DNA from: Dendrobates tinctorius
Lineage: Eukaryota
Reading direction: 5' to 3'
Length of the DNA stretch: 64,000 bases
NCBI RefSeq assembly: GCF_039654945.1
Contig: NW_027361692.1
Span: 15,190,001 to 15,254,000, forward strand
Shown one piece after another: positions 36,401-51,400 of the stretch (the first letter of the stretch is position 1; each line of letters starts with the position of its first letter). The translations under genes were made by a program, and so were the position numbers. The notes beneath the pieces were generated by a model, which saw only the letters and a program-made list of their open reading frames with translations, did no database searches and was not told where the DNA came from.

Positions 36401-39400
36401 TAGCGATGAGTCCTGGCAGAGAAAGAAGCAGATTTCCCTGATAACTTATATTACGAAGTTTCTTATTTTCATGTGTACTATTGATTTATGTAAAAATTAA
36501 AACGATGGTTACTCTTTAAATCATACACACAACTTTAACCAGCATTCTCTAGTGGTAACAGAAAAAAAACTGATTTTTCATAAATATATAACAGTAAGCT
36601 ATTGTAAGAAAGCTATAAAGAGGTAATTTCTTCTGATATGTGGCAACTTGCAAAGCAAGTGATAGGTGAAAATGTGGAATATAAAAAGTGTTGTCATTTC
36701 TACAGCCTTTTTCTATTGCTGGCTGTTAAAGTTATTGTTGAATTTAGCCTGCTAAAACATTTATTCAATAGTTCTAGAAGTATTAAACCGGGGTCTTAAA
36801 TTCCAGAATATGCACGGATATGATCTGCAGGACATATACGTAAAACATATTGATAATTTCTACACTGGATTGTGGGAAGAGCTAATTAAATAATCATTCC
36901 GAGCACTGAGGATTGAAATCAATTACCTACAGTAACTCAATAAATCTTCCTAGCTCACAAACACTGGTTAAATAAACGGAAAACTGTTTTATCATACTAA
37001 AGTTACTCGTGGAGCTAGTTGTCCGGCAATTATCGCATTCAGAGAAAAATAAAGTGATGTGTCTTGCCAATATTAACCTTGATGGATCGATACAGTAATA
37101 GACGCACCAGCTTTTATTCATTTCTAAACACGCCAAATTGTCCGATATGAAGTTAAGTGAAGTGAAATAGTTTCTCACTGGCTGCAGTTTACGCTCTAAA
37201 TTTGTGTTCCTTATCTTGAAATGTTGAATTGCTGACATAGCTAGAAGTGGGACTACAGCTAATAGCCTGGGAAAAGAGTCTATCATGTACTTGCCTGAGC
37301 CGAGGACAAGTGCTACATTATATTGTAGATAGAACCTAGCTTTTTCGATATAAGGATGCGTCCTGGAGTTTTGTCACAGTAAGGTGGAGATCTCCTGCTA
37401 GTCTTGGTACATTGCCACCGTTTTGATCTAAGTATTTGACTGGACTTTTTCCAACCTTATAGCAAAGAAAGAACAGGCTCCGTATGATTGTGGAAGGGTT
37501 TTCCATATCATATGATGGCACTCATTATTATGACATCTACACAGTAGTATACTGAAGAATTATATGAAGACAGTACTCACTATTCTTATAGGAATACACC
37601 AAATGATTTCTATGACAATATTTTATTGTACCTTAAGAATGGCTCCTATATCGCCAAGAAGTGGAAGGGCAATCTACAAAAAAAATCATTTTTTCAGAGT
37701 TGAGAAAAAAAAGATACAAATAATGAAATAACTAATGACATAAAATTCACATGCTCTCAGAAGTGACATTTCACATGGAAATTATTTCGATAATTATAGT
37801 GAAAAATTCCGCACTCATTAGTTTGTTTAGCTCACTGTGAACGTTAGATAATGTGTTCAAAGTTTTGCAGTTGTGTTAAGCATTTATTCCCCGGGAAAAG
37901 AAACAATGTTATTTTTTTATGTATATAATTCCAGTAAAATAAGAAATGCCTTGTGACATGGTTCCAGCTGTTTAAGTACTGACAGCCATTTTCTGGAATT
38001 CTTGAAAACTTTGTGATTTGATTCAGAAATGTAGTCAGTCATAGGTCGAAAAACATAACTGACTGAAGGTAATTTCAAGGATGGTAAATCCTACACAACA
38101 GAAAAATAAACTGATCAGTTCTAGAGCGATTTCCAAAATGGAAATCTGTATAGCTACCAAAATGTGCCCATGTAAATGTGGAGGGTAGAGGTGCTGGTTA
38201 GTAGAATCCTGATATGTTTATGGCTGGTCCATACAATCAGGGCAACTGTTACCATCCACCTTTCGTGTTTCCCCTTTTTCCTCATAGATTGTAAGCTTGC
38301 GAGCAGGGCCCTTATTCCTCTTGGTATCTGTTATGATCTATGTGATTATTGTTATGCTTTAATGTCTATCGTCTGTACATGTCCCCTCTAAAATGTAAAG
38401 TGCTGCGGAATATGTCGGCGCTATAGAAATAAAATTTATTATTATCATTAACTAAAAAAAACTTTCAAGTTAAAAGGATTTGAAGATTAATCCTTTAGCG
38501 ACACCAGTCGTACATTTGCAGGTTAAGTGTGCCTTTACTATACAGTATGTAGTGGATAGTGGCATTTGAAAGATTAGAAATAGGAATTGGGAGATCACCA
38601 AGCTTCACTGGATACCCGGACATGTACAATGGGCTGCAATATTGCAATACTGAAGTATAATGTGAGTGTTCAGGTGATTGAACTATACTAAAATAAATAA
38701 TAAAGTAGTAAAAAATTAATGAATAAAAAATATAAAAATAAACCTAAAGTATGTAAATACATTTATATATTGCTTGTACAGTATATTATATGTTTATATA
38801 TATTATATGTGTATATAATAACCCCCCTTTTCTTGCAATGCAAATAGCAAAAAAAATCATGTGTTTTGGCCAAACTAATACGATATAAAAGTATTTATCA
38901 CACATGTTGAGTACCAAAAATTAAAAAAAAAAAAAAACAAAATGCAGAATTGCTGCTTTATGGTAATTAAATCAGCCAAAAAAATTGAAATATTTAAGAA
39001 TGTGGTGTGGATTACAAATAATACAAAACTATAGCTCGTCCCACAAAAAAAAGCATATTTTCTTACAACTGTTGATCAAAAATTGTTGCTCCAAAAAAAA
39101 ATATGACACTTGAAATTATGATGACTGAGGAAATAAAAAAAAAAGTAAAACAACCAACATAAAATACTGTATAAATGTTGTATCACCATAGCTGTACTGA
39201 CCTGTAGAACAAAGTTACAAGATCATATTTAAAGCAAAATGAATGAGGTAAAAGCAAAACTGAATTGATGCTTGCGTTTTTTTAAATTCCACCCCACTTG
39301 GAGTTTTTATTCCATCTTTTTCAGTACATTAGGTGGTAAAAACTATAACTTGTCCCACAAAAATTGGAACCCTTATACTGCTATATCAGTGGAAACATAA

Positions 39401-42400
39401 AAATGTTATGAATTTTGGAAGGTGAGGAGGCCAAAATAAAAAATATGTATCCAAGAGATTCATTTTTTATTTTAAGAATAGCAATACTGATCATGGAATC
39501 AATGTACACGCGTTCACATACTGGGTCACCTGGAGGACCCTGGAGTCCTGGTCGGCCATCTCTGCCTGGGACACCCTGTTATAAAAGTAAAAACAAGTCA
39601 AGATATAAATTTTCTTATTACTTACATTTGTAATACACTAATCTTATGAATTTGGTGCATTAATTTACAAACCTTATAGTATTATCAATGCTTGTAATTT
39701 GCCTTACCAGTATCATTTACTAAATATGTTTTATTGCAGGAAATAAACACTCAAGTTCTACATTTGGAAAACTATTACAATGATGAAGATATTTATAAAT
39801 AATACAAGTAAGACTTTTGTGGTTTTATGCGAATAATGATTAATAGAAGATTAAACGTGACTGTTGACAGCTGCACTGATCACAACAATGAAGGGAGAAT
39901 ATACAGTGCTCAAATAAAGGGTACACTTAAACAACACAATGTAACTCCAAGTCAAGCACACTTCTATGAAATCAACCTGTCCAGTTATAAATAGAGTTGA
40001 GCGATACCGTCCGATACTTCAAAGTATCGGATCGGAATGGATCGGCCGATCTGAAAAAAAAGTATCGGTATCGCCGATTCCGATACCGGAAGTCCCATTC
40101 AAGTCTATGGGAATTCCGGTATCGGAATAAGAAAAATCCTGTTTTTCCCTTGTACAGCCTCTCTGGGGTCTGTACGGGCCTTTCAGGGGGCTGTGCCGGC
40201 CTGCCAGGGGGTCTGTGCAGGCTCCGGTGGTCTGTGCCGGCCTGCCGGGGGGCTGTGCCGGCCTGCCAGGGGGGCTGTGCAGGCTCCGGTGGGCTGTGCC
40301 GGCCTGCCGGGGGGCTGTGCCGGCCTGCCGGTGGCCTGTGCACCCTGTGGGGGGCTGTGCCGGCCTGCCGGGGGGCTGTGCCGGCCTGCCGGGGGGCTGT
40401 GCTGATGTCCGGGGGTCTGTGCAAGCATCGTCCGATGGGACTACAAGTCCCATCTGGCGATGCCTGCTACCATGACAGTGATTGACACATTAGCCAATGA
40501 TGGGACAGTAGTAGTCCCATCACCGGCTAATGTGTTAAATGTTAAAAAAAAAAAAAAAAATACTACATACATACTACATGAATGCTACATACATACTACA
40601 TGCTACATACATACTACATACATACTACATACATACTACATACATAACACATATATACTACATACATACTACATACATACTACATACATACTACATGCAT
40701 GCTACATACATACTACATGCTACATACATACTACATATAAACTACATACATACTACATACATACTACATACATACTACATACATACTACATGCATGCTAC
40801 ATACATACTACATGCTACATACATACTACATATATGCTACATACATACTACATATATACTACATGCATGCTACATACATACTGCATGCTACATACATACT
40901 ACATGCTACATACATACCACATATATACTACATACATACTACATGCATGCTACATGCTACATACATACCACATACATACTACATACATACTACATGCTAC
41001 ATACATACTACATATATACTACATGCATGCTACATACATACTGCATGCTACATACATACTACATGCTACATACATACCACATATATACTACATACATACT
41101 ACATGCATGCTACATGCTACATACATACCACATACATACTACATACATACTACATGCTACATACATACTACATATATACTACATGCATGCTACATACATA
41201 CTACATGCTACATACATACTACATATATACTACATGCATGCTACATACATACTACATGCTACATACATACTACATATATACTACATGCATGCTACATACA
41301 TACTACATACATACTACATGCTACATACATACCACATATATACTACATACATACTACATACAATACATTCATACAATACATACATAGACATACAGTACAT
41401 ATAACATAGAGTAACATACTTACCAATACTTGTCACATTGTTCCCCGAAGCCATTGTCTTTTACGGAATAAATATTAACATAACAAACCACAAAAATACT
41501 CACCCACGATCCGAAGCAGTCCACGAGTGTGTCCCACGACGATCTTGGGTAGAGAACTTCAGCATCAGCTGTTGCTGCCGTTCTCTACGGGCTGCAGGAA
41601 TCCAATGACGGAAGGTAGGTATCCTTCCGCACTGTATTCCTCCGCCACTTAAAAAAAAAAAAAGTCCCTAGTCTCACTTTATGCCATTGCTGTGTGGGAA
41701 ATTCCCACGCAGCAATGGCATAAAGTGAGACTAGGGACTTTTTTTTTTTTAAGTGGCGGAGGAATACAGTGCGGAAGGATACCTACCTTCCGTCATTGGA
41801 TTCCTGCAGCCCGTAGAGAACGGCAGCAACAGCTGATGCTGCAGTTCTCTACCCAAGATCGTCGTGGGACACACTCGTGGACTGCTTCGGATCGTGGGTG
41901 AGTATTTTTGTGGTTTGTTATGTTAATATTTATTCCGTAAAAGACAATGGCTTCGGGGAACAATGTGACAAGTATTGGTAAGTATGTTACTCTATGTTAT
42001 ATGTACTGTATGTCTATGCATGTATTGTATGAATGTATTGTATGTAGTATGTATGTAGTATATATGTGGTATGTATGTAGCATGTAGTATGTATGTAGTA
42101 TGTATGTAGCATGCATGTAGCATGCAGTATGTATGTAGCATGCATGTAGTATATATGTAGTATGTATGTAGCATGTAGTATGTATGTAGCATGCATGTAG
42201 TATATATGTAGTATGTATGTAGCATGTAGTATGTATGTAGTATGTATGTGGTATGTATGTAGCATGTAGCATGCATGTAGTATGTATGTAGTATATATGT
42301 GGTATGTATGTAGCATGTAGTATGTATGTAGCATGCAGTATGTATGTAGCATGCATGTAGTATATATGTAGTATGTATGTAGCATGTAGTATGTATGTAG

Positions 42401-45400
42401 TATGTATGTAGTATGTATGTGGTATGTATGTAGCATGTAGCATGCATGTAGTATGTATGTAGTATATATGTGGTATGTATGTAGCATGTAGTATGTATGT
42501 AGCATGCAGTATGTATGTAGCATGCATGTAGTATATATGTAGTATGTATGTAGCATGTAGTATGTATGTAGTATGTATGTAGTATGTATGTGGTATGTAT
42601 GTAGCATGTAGCATGCATGTAGTATGTATGTAGTATATATGTGGTATGTATGTAGCATGTAGTATGTATGTAGCATGCAGTATGTATGTAGCATGCATGT
42701 AGTATATATGTAGTATGTATGTAGTATGTATGTAGTATATATGTGTTATGTATGTAGTATGTATGTAGTATGTATGTAGTATGTATGTAGCATGTAGTAT
42801 GTATGTAGCATGCATGTAGTATGTATGTAGTATTTTTTTTTTTTTTTTTTAACATTTAACACATTAGCCGGATGATGGGACTACTACTGTCCCATCATTG
42901 GCTAATGTGTCAATCACTGTCATGGTAGCAGGCATCGCCAGATGGGACTTGTAGTCCCATCGGACGATGCTTGCACAGACCCCCGGACATCAGCACAGCC
43001 CCCCGGCAGGCCGGCACAGCCCCCCGGCAGGCCGGCACAGCCCCCCACAGGGTGCACAGACCACCGGCAGGCCGGCACAGCCCCCCGGCAGGCCGGTACA
43101 GACCCCCACAGGGTGCACAGACCACCGGCAGGCCGGCACAGCCCCCCGGCAGGCCGGTACAGACCCCCACAGGGTGCACAGACCACCGGCAGGCCGGCAC
43201 AGCCCCCCGGCAGGCCGGTACAGACCCCGGGCAGTCCACACAGCCCCCCGGCAGGCCGGCACAGCCCCCCGGCAGGCCGGCAGAGACCCCCGGAAGGCCC
43301 GAAATGACGGCGCATCATGATGCGCACACACCGCGCATCATGATGACGTCAGGCTGTCAATCAACTTTGAACTTCCGATTCCGATGCTGACTTCTGATAT
43401 TGAAAAAATATCGGAAGTCGGTATCGGAATTCCGATACCGCAAGTATCGGCCGATACCCGATACTTGCGGTATCGGAATGCTCAACACTAGTTATAAAGC
43501 AACACCGATTGTGAATCAATTTATACACCTGTTGCGTAAATGGAACAGACAACAGGTAAAAATAATAGGCAGTTAGCAAAAACCCCTATAAAGGAGTAGT
43601 TCTGCAGGGAGTGACCACAGACCATTTTTCTGTTTTCATCTTTTCTGGCTGTTGTTTTGGTCACTTTTGCTTTTTGTTGCTCAGGTACTTCAGCTCATCC
43701 AGGATTGCACATCATTGCAAGCTGTGACAAGAATGGTAGCTGTGTCTGTCAGCATAGTGGCTACAGCATGGGGAAGATACCAGGAGACTAGCTAGTACAC
43801 CAGGAAATGTGGATGGGCTGTAGGAGGGAAACAGCCCAGCAGCAGGACCACTATCTCCTCCTTTGTGCAAGGAGGAACATGAGGAGCAGTGCCAGAGCTC
43901 TGCAAAATAACCCCCAGCAGGTCACTAACATCCATGTGTCTGCTCAAACTGAAACAGACTCTGTGAGGGTAGAATGAGAGCCCTACATCCACAAGTGGGT
44001 GTTGTGCTTACAGCCCAACACCGTACAGGGAGATTGGCATTTGCCAGAGAACACTAAGATTGGCAGAATCAACATTAGTGCCCTATACTCTTCACAGATG
44101 AGAGCAGGTTCACACTGAGCACATGTGACAAATGGGACAGAGTCTGGAGATGCCATGGAGATCGTTCCACTGACTGCAACATCCTCCAGCATGACTGGTT
44201 TGGCAGTGGGTCAGTAATGGTGTGGGGAAGCATTTTTTTGGGGGGCCCACAGCCCTGTATGTGCTATCCAGAGGTACCCTGACTGTCATTAGGTACCACT
44301 ATGAAATTCTCAGACCCATTGTGAGACCATATGTAGGTGCACTGGACCTTGGGTTCCTTCATATGCGTGACAATGCTAAGCCTCATGTGGCTGAAACTTG
44401 TCAGCAGTTCCTGCATAATGAAACCATTGATGCTATGGAGCAGCTGTCCCAATACCGAGACCTGAATCCAATTGTGCATATCTGGGACATCATGTCTTGT
44501 TCCATCCACCAATGCCACGTTGTTCAACAGACTGTCCAAGAGTTGACAGATGCTTTAATTGAGGTCTAGGAGGAGACCCTCAGGAGAACATTCGTCGTCT
44601 TATCAGGACCATGCTCAGGCATTGTAGGGAGGTCATACAGGCATGTGGAGGCCACAAATACTACTGGGCATCATTTCCTTGTCTTGAGGCATTTCCACTG
44701 AAGTTGGATCAGTCTGTAATTTGATTTTTCATTTTGATTTTGAGTATCATTCCAAATCTAGACCTCCATGGGTCATTAATTTTGGTTTACATTGATTATT
44801 TTGATTTACATTGATCAATAAAACATTTGTTCTCAACACATTCCACTATGTAATGAAAAAAGATTTGCAACTGAAATATTTTATTCAGAGATATGTAGGA
44901 TGTGGTGTTTTAGTGTTCCCTTTATGTTTCTAAGCAGTACAGATCACTGTACTTCAGCTTCTGCTGGACATAGTAGTGGATTCACAATTGCATTGAATAT
45001 CAAAATACTATGCATTATAGCCCATTTTTACTATAACGTCTTTTCACCAAGGTGTCAATGCAAAATAAAAATTCATATGCATGCAGTATTGTATTGCTAA
45101 ACAATAAGATCAGTCTTAAATGCACACCATTCATCAATAAAAAACACCAACAAGGAAAGTGATTAATATTATTACAATGTCACCTGTCAAGGGTTTGGAT
45201 ATATTAGGGATCAACAGAACAAGTAACCTTTAAAGTTCTTGAGCTGGAAGCAGGATAAATGAGCAAGCATAAGGATCCTAAATTGTGATGGTTGGATGTC
45301 TAGGGTAGAGCATCTCAAAAATGGCTGTTCTTGAAGAGTCTTTCCAATATGCAGTACCTAAACTGGTTCAACAAACAACTTAACCATCAGCAGTAGCATG

Positions 45401-48400
45401 GGAGCTGAAGCCCCATGGTATGTGGGGAGCAAACGCTAGCCTGTCTGATACCAAAGAATAGCTATGGTAGCACAAATTATTGGAAAAGGTAATGATTAGT
45501 GATGAGTGAGTATACTCGTTGCTCAGGTTTTCCCGAGCATGCTCTGGTTTCCTCCAAGTATTTTGGCGTGCTCGGAGATTTAGTTTCTGTCGCCGTAGCT
45601 GCATGATTTGTGGCTGCTGGACAGCCTGAATATATGTTGGGGTTACCTGTTTGTTAGGGAATCCCCACATGTATTCAAGCTGCCTAGAAGCCATAAATCA
45701 TGCAGCTGCGATGATGAAAACTAAATCTCTGAGCACGCGAAAATACTTGGAGGACACCCGAGCATGCTCTGGAAATCTCGAGCAATGAGTATACATGCTC
45801 ATCACTGGTAATGATATGATAGGTATGGCTGAAAAACATCAGTAGTTTGATACTGAGCATTGAAGGTAGTGCAAACATTTTGTTCTGGTGTCATTAATCC
45901 TGACAAATACAGCTCTCCTTGTTTTGTGACTTAAAAAAGGAAGATAAAAAATTATACAGGTATAGCAAATGCCTTTGCATTGTTAAAAAAAATATACCAG
46001 AGTAATCTTATTTTATTCATTTTGTCACCCTTGAATATACTGTTTCTTATTTATGCTGTATTTTTTCTAGAATTAAAGATGTCGTCAAACTAATTAGTAA
46101 CTCATTTCTATGTATAAATGAGAAACTATAAGTAAGCAAGCTGACAATACTTGGATGTCACTTTTAGAATACTTATTGAGACTAAATAAGACAATACAGC
46201 ATCAGTGTACCATCAAGGACATGGGTCAGTGTCACATAGACAAGGACTGAGTGATGTAAGCTATTACACCAATTAAGCGAAATGGTATACTTTTAATATG
46301 GAAATTATCTACTACTCACTTGTGCGCCAGGAGGGCCTGGCAAACCTGGAAGACCCTGTGGACCCTGGAAATATAATTTGAAAATGTTACATATGCAAGG
46401 TATAATAATCGCCATGAAGTCTGATGAAATTAACATAGTATCAGTAACTTTCTCAACATAAAATGTACAGTATTTCCCTGTATTAGGTATGTAATATAAT
46501 GCCATGTAAACTGCAGTGTTAAGCATTTCATAATTATTGATTAAAACTTTACTGTTTACCTGGATGCCAGGAATTCCTGGAGGTCCTACAGGGCCCTGTG
46601 AAAAAATAAGTAGGCACAAAATGGAATTACGATGGATTCAAAAAGAAATATTTACAGATGATCAACTATATTCTAAGGGTGTAAGACTCTTAGGGTGCTT
46701 TCACATTGTGTTCTCTGTCCCACATACATCCGAAATCCTCCTCAAAACGGGGTCCGGATGCGTGCACCGACAGGGCCATAGACTGTAATGGTGATGGCAG
46801 AGCAAACGTGAGCGCTGCCATGCACTTATTTTGGAAGTGCACACCTACAGGAGGCGGACACTCAGACGCAGTCTACTACTACATCTGAGTGTCCGCCTTC
46901 CGTAGACGTGCACTTCCAAAAATGATGCACAGCATCCTTACAGTCTATGGCTCCATCGGTGCATGCACCCGGACCCTGTTTTGCGGGGGATTTTGGACAT
47001 ATCAGAAATAAAAGCAAGAACAGAAAACAATGTGAAAGCACCCTAAGGCTCTGGCATGTAAAATCATTTTCTGCCTTCATTATGTATCTGTAGTGAAGTG
47101 ACCATCGAAATTGTTACAGTTCATATCATTATACTTGTGCAGTCTTTTTTTTCTTAATCTACAGTATTTATAGAATACAAGGTTGATCTAAATGATTTAC
47201 TTTATTAATTTATGCAATTCTCATTGAAGTAAATAAATAATCTGTAGGCAATATGTTCCTAAGTTCCGACTAGTGGTGGCTGCAGGCAAGGCAGAATTTT
47301 TTCATATCACTATGAGAGCAAGAGGCGAACCAATAGATTTTCTAGCTGTCTTAGTAAGTCAGACTTCTAACTCTTATATATGCTGTGAAAAACAAATTCC
47401 AGATGTGGCCAAATGTAACTTGACAAATAACGCTTGATTTTGATAACTTGTCACAGTAAGTTATCTCACTTAAAGGGAAACAATATAAACTAAGGCCACC
47501 ACAATTTACCCTTTCACCACTTTACAATTTTTAAAATTTTTTGCTCCCTTTCTTCCCAGAGCCATAACTTTTTTATTTTTCTGTCAATATAGCTGTATGG
47601 GGACTTGTTTTTTTGTTGGACGAGATGTATTTTGAATGACATCATTGATTTTACAATATAGTGTACTGGAAAATATTAAAAAAATTCAAAGTTCAATGAA
47701 ATTTGCAAAAAAAAAAGTGCAATTCTACAATTGTTTTTTGGGTGTTTTTATTTACCATGTTCACTAAACGCTAAAACTGACCTGCCAATATGATTTCCCA
47801 GATCAGTACAAGTATGCAGATACTAAATATGTATAGATTGGTTTTTAAGTGGAAAAAAAAATTCGAAATTTGCAAGAGGAATAAAAAAAATTGCCATTTT
47901 CGGAGACCTATAGCATCTCATTTTTCCGGATCTGAGGCTATGAGAGGGCTTAATTTTTGTGCCCTGAGCTGATGCTTTTATTAATACCATTTTGGGGTAG
48001 ATTAAATGTTTTAAATGCCTGTTATTGCATTTTAATGCAATATTGCGGTGGCCAAAAATATTGTAACTCTGGCGTTTTGATTTTTTTCTCATTATGCCAT
48101 TTACCAGTCAAATAAATTTACTTATTTTGATAGACCTGATATTTCTGAACACAATGATACCAAATATGTGTATTTTTAATTTTGTTTTAATAGATTTATT
48201 TTGAATAGGGGTAATTTTAACTTTTATAATTTAAAACTTTTATTTTTACTTTTCACTTGCTTCAGTAGTCCCCTTAGGAGATCTGCGATTGTCCGGATGA
48301 ACGCCTGTGTTACACATAGCAATGCATCAGCCCTGCTATGTGTAACATAAATCATCATCTCCTATGAACGCCTTCTACGGGCTGATGTTTTAAGTACCTT

Positions 48401-51400
48401 GAAGGGAGCAGTTTTTAGAATGGTGTCACTTTTGGGTATTTTCTATCATATAGACCTCTCAAAGTGACTTCAAATGTGATGTGGTCCGTAAAAAAAATGG
48501 TGTTTTAAAAATGAGAAATCGCTGGTCAACTTCTATCCCTTATAACTTCCTAACAAAAAAAAATTTGGTTCCAAAATTGTGCTGATGTAAAGTAGACATG
48601 TGGGAAATGTTACTTATTAAGTATTTTGTGTGACATATCTCTGTCATTTAAAGGCATGAAAATTCAAAGTTGGGAAATTGCGAAATTTCCAAATTTTTTG
48701 CCAAATTTCCATTTTTTCACAAATAAACGCAAGTAATGTCAAATAAATTTTACAAATCACATGAAGTACAGTATGTTATAAGAAAACATTGTCAGAATCA
48801 CCGGGATGCATGGAAGCGTTCCAGAGTTATTACCTCATAAACGGACAGTGGTCAGAATTGTAAAAATTGGCCTGGTCATTAACATGCAAACCACCCTTGG
48901 GGGTTATGGGGTTAAAAGGTCTGAGCCACCACTAAAATGTGCAGTAAAACAGCACAGGTGTATTACTAGTTTCAGTCAACAGTGATAGTAGATGAATGAG
49001 CTTTAATTGGAGATGTTGGGTGATGCCAGTCATACCAATGTATGGCATCTGATGTGAGAGCATTGGAGGAGATATGCTAATGACCCTCGGCTCCTGCTCT
49101 GCTACGAGCGTGATCTGAGTGTCAGTGCTCTGTGCTCTGATCTTCTTGCATGACAGGATCGGAGCACAAATGCGGAGGAGTCGGAAGAAAGTAATTTCTC
49201 CATTTCCTCTGCTGCCAGCGTCAGCGTGAATTGCACTGCACTCGGGTGATATCCGAGTGCAGTGTGATGTTTCACTCGCAACCATAGACTTGTATGGGAG
49301 CAAGTGAGCCGAGACTCACTGCCAATCGCAGCATGCTGCTGAATTGCATGAGAAAATAATCACAGATCTGACCTGCCCCATAGAGTAACACTAGGCCGAG
49401 TGCTATTGGATGTTTCATCGCACAGCACTCGGCCGTGTTATACGGTATTGTGTCTCCGGCCTAATGCTAACTGGTCAGACAGCACCCAGTTTAATCACAT
49501 ACAAGAAACCCACTCCTTTATACAGTATATACACATCCCTCCCAAATTTTAACTAATCCAATGTTGACATTCTTGTAGTGCCACACCAATGGTACAAAAC
49601 AAATTCTTATAATCAAGATGTACCATAAAGTATTACCTCTCAAATTGCTAAAGACATAGTACAAAGAACTGTTTTTCACTATTCAGCAATAATAAATACA
49701 ATTGTATAAGATAGAGAAAAAGGAACGTTCTCACCCATCACACAGATGAGAACTTCAAAATTCCATTGGTTCCATTGGAGTTTCCTACATTCACTTCATA
49801 TCAGGGTGGCATTTTTAGGATGCCTAATTAAGCCCTGTAGAGGGTATCAGACTCTAGGAACCCAATAACTCCCACCCTACCAAGGGCAGTCTACTGCTAT
49901 TCCTTCATAGACATTGCCCTAGACACGTTTCCTCTACTGAAAATCATCAGAGAAGCTTATTGCAGCAATTTATATTTAGGAAAATGTATGGGTTCAAAAT
50001 ACTGAAGTATCAACCATGGAATAAACAACAGAAAAGTTATAGACAGTATCTGTATATATCAATAATTGGATTTCTTGTATGCTATCTAATTGCATGGGAT
50101 CTGACAACTGTAAGCATTACACGGCTCTCAATTACAGCTCATCCATCTGTTATTACTGATCACTGATATTGGTGTCACTAAGGGCTCGTGCTGACGACAT
50201 TATTTGTGGTCCGAGTGCGATCCTACAAAACACTGTCCGAGGAAAACAATGCAGCATGATCCGATATTCAGATCACATTGGAACATGAAAGTCAATGCGT
50301 CCATGCAAAACATTGGACTGATTTTTACTTACTGGCAGAATAAAGAAGATGGAGAAATTTTTTCTCCATTTTGTCATCGGAGAAAATTGGATGTCACTAT
50401 GATCAAACTCTCATCAGAGTTTGATCAGAGTGTAATTAGCATAATAAGCCCAATTCTCTTAAATGAGAGAATATATACTGGTGTGACCCTAGCCTTATTG
50501 TGCTATCTACTGCAAATTTTTTACCAGTGTCTCAGAACTTTTGTTCTAAGCTAAAGTTATATTTTAAGATCAATCCCCCCTCACAATCTGCTTTCTATGC
50601 AAATATATACTGGGCAATATCTTCTTGGAGCACGAGGCCTCTGTAATTCCAGAGACGAGGGATGTAATCGTTAAAGTTTTAGGGGGTGCGAATGTAGGGA
50701 AGGTGACCTGATGGACGGACGGACTAGTCAGAGTGAAGAAGGAAAGGTTTGCACAGTGTAGGTAGGTGTCAGTTATTACAGTGGGGAAACAGCTAGGAAA
50801 GTGTAGTGGATGTGCAGTACCTTGGGTTGACCATTAGATGGCAGGGAGGAGTGTGAGCAAAGGACTTGACAACAGCTTAGGGCTTTAGAAACCGTTAGTC
50901 ATGGGGGGCGGGGTTACAGTGACAGGGGACCGGGAGAGCTATAAATACTGAGGGAGGGTTCCAGAAGGTTCCAGTCCCCAGGGGGAGCTCCAGTGACAGG
51001 AGGACTGCGACAGTCTGTGCGCTGTGAGGAGAATCTAAGCCAGGGACTCTGAGGAGAGAGAACGTCAGGGGGGTGGTCCTGACAGGAAGAACCGCAGAAG
51101 GGACGAGGCACTGGGTGTGAGACACCGTATTTGACTCGACGACTGATCAGTGGAAGCGCTGTTGGTTTACGCGCCTAAGGCGGCCACAGTGACGGACCTG
51201 TCAGGAGCGTCGACGAGTGAGGAGGGGACTGTGTGTGCATACACATCCCCAGAGTAACGTACGGTGTGTGAGAAGCGGCCCTGGAAACGGAGGGCCGTGA
51301 GTTGAAGGAAGTACAGTGTACTTTTGAGGCCGTCAGGCGGACGGCGAGCATGAATAAACGTGGACCTGTTGCACCCAAAACCTGCCTCCATCTTGTCTCT

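Larger units (their letters stand above)
39992..43490. mobile_element. Non-autonomous hAT element with an internal giant palindrome
   Basis: TIR tagagttgagc / gctcaacacta; 8-bp TSD gttataaa (39984-39991, 43491-43498). Confidence 0.92.
39904..44937 (+). mobile_element. Degenerate Tc1 transposon interrupted by the palindromic hAT MITE
   Basis: TA-flanked TIRs (taaagggtacacttaa / ttagtgttcccttta); transposase remnant at ~43680-44660 ([16 protein letters not shown]). Confidence 0.88.

Noticed and set aside
36900-37330. Non-repetitive-looking, CpG-retaining intronic stretch (possible conserved enhancer) and a 119-aa ORF
   Set aside because: No recognisable motif or homology; needs a cross-species alignment.
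40460-42855. Long His/Thr/Tyr-rich ORFs on both strands
   Set aside because: Stop-free translation of a microsatellite; open in all three frames.
39972-43390. Pro/Gly/Ala-rich ORFs resembling collagen
   Set aside because: GC minisatellite inside a MITE; no Gly-X-Y register or splice sites.
39576-46319. Possible 9-nt microexon for a triplet I recall in human COL19A1 (GND)
   Set aside because: No convincing AG-GGN...-GT candidate found; a simple exon length difference is sufficient.
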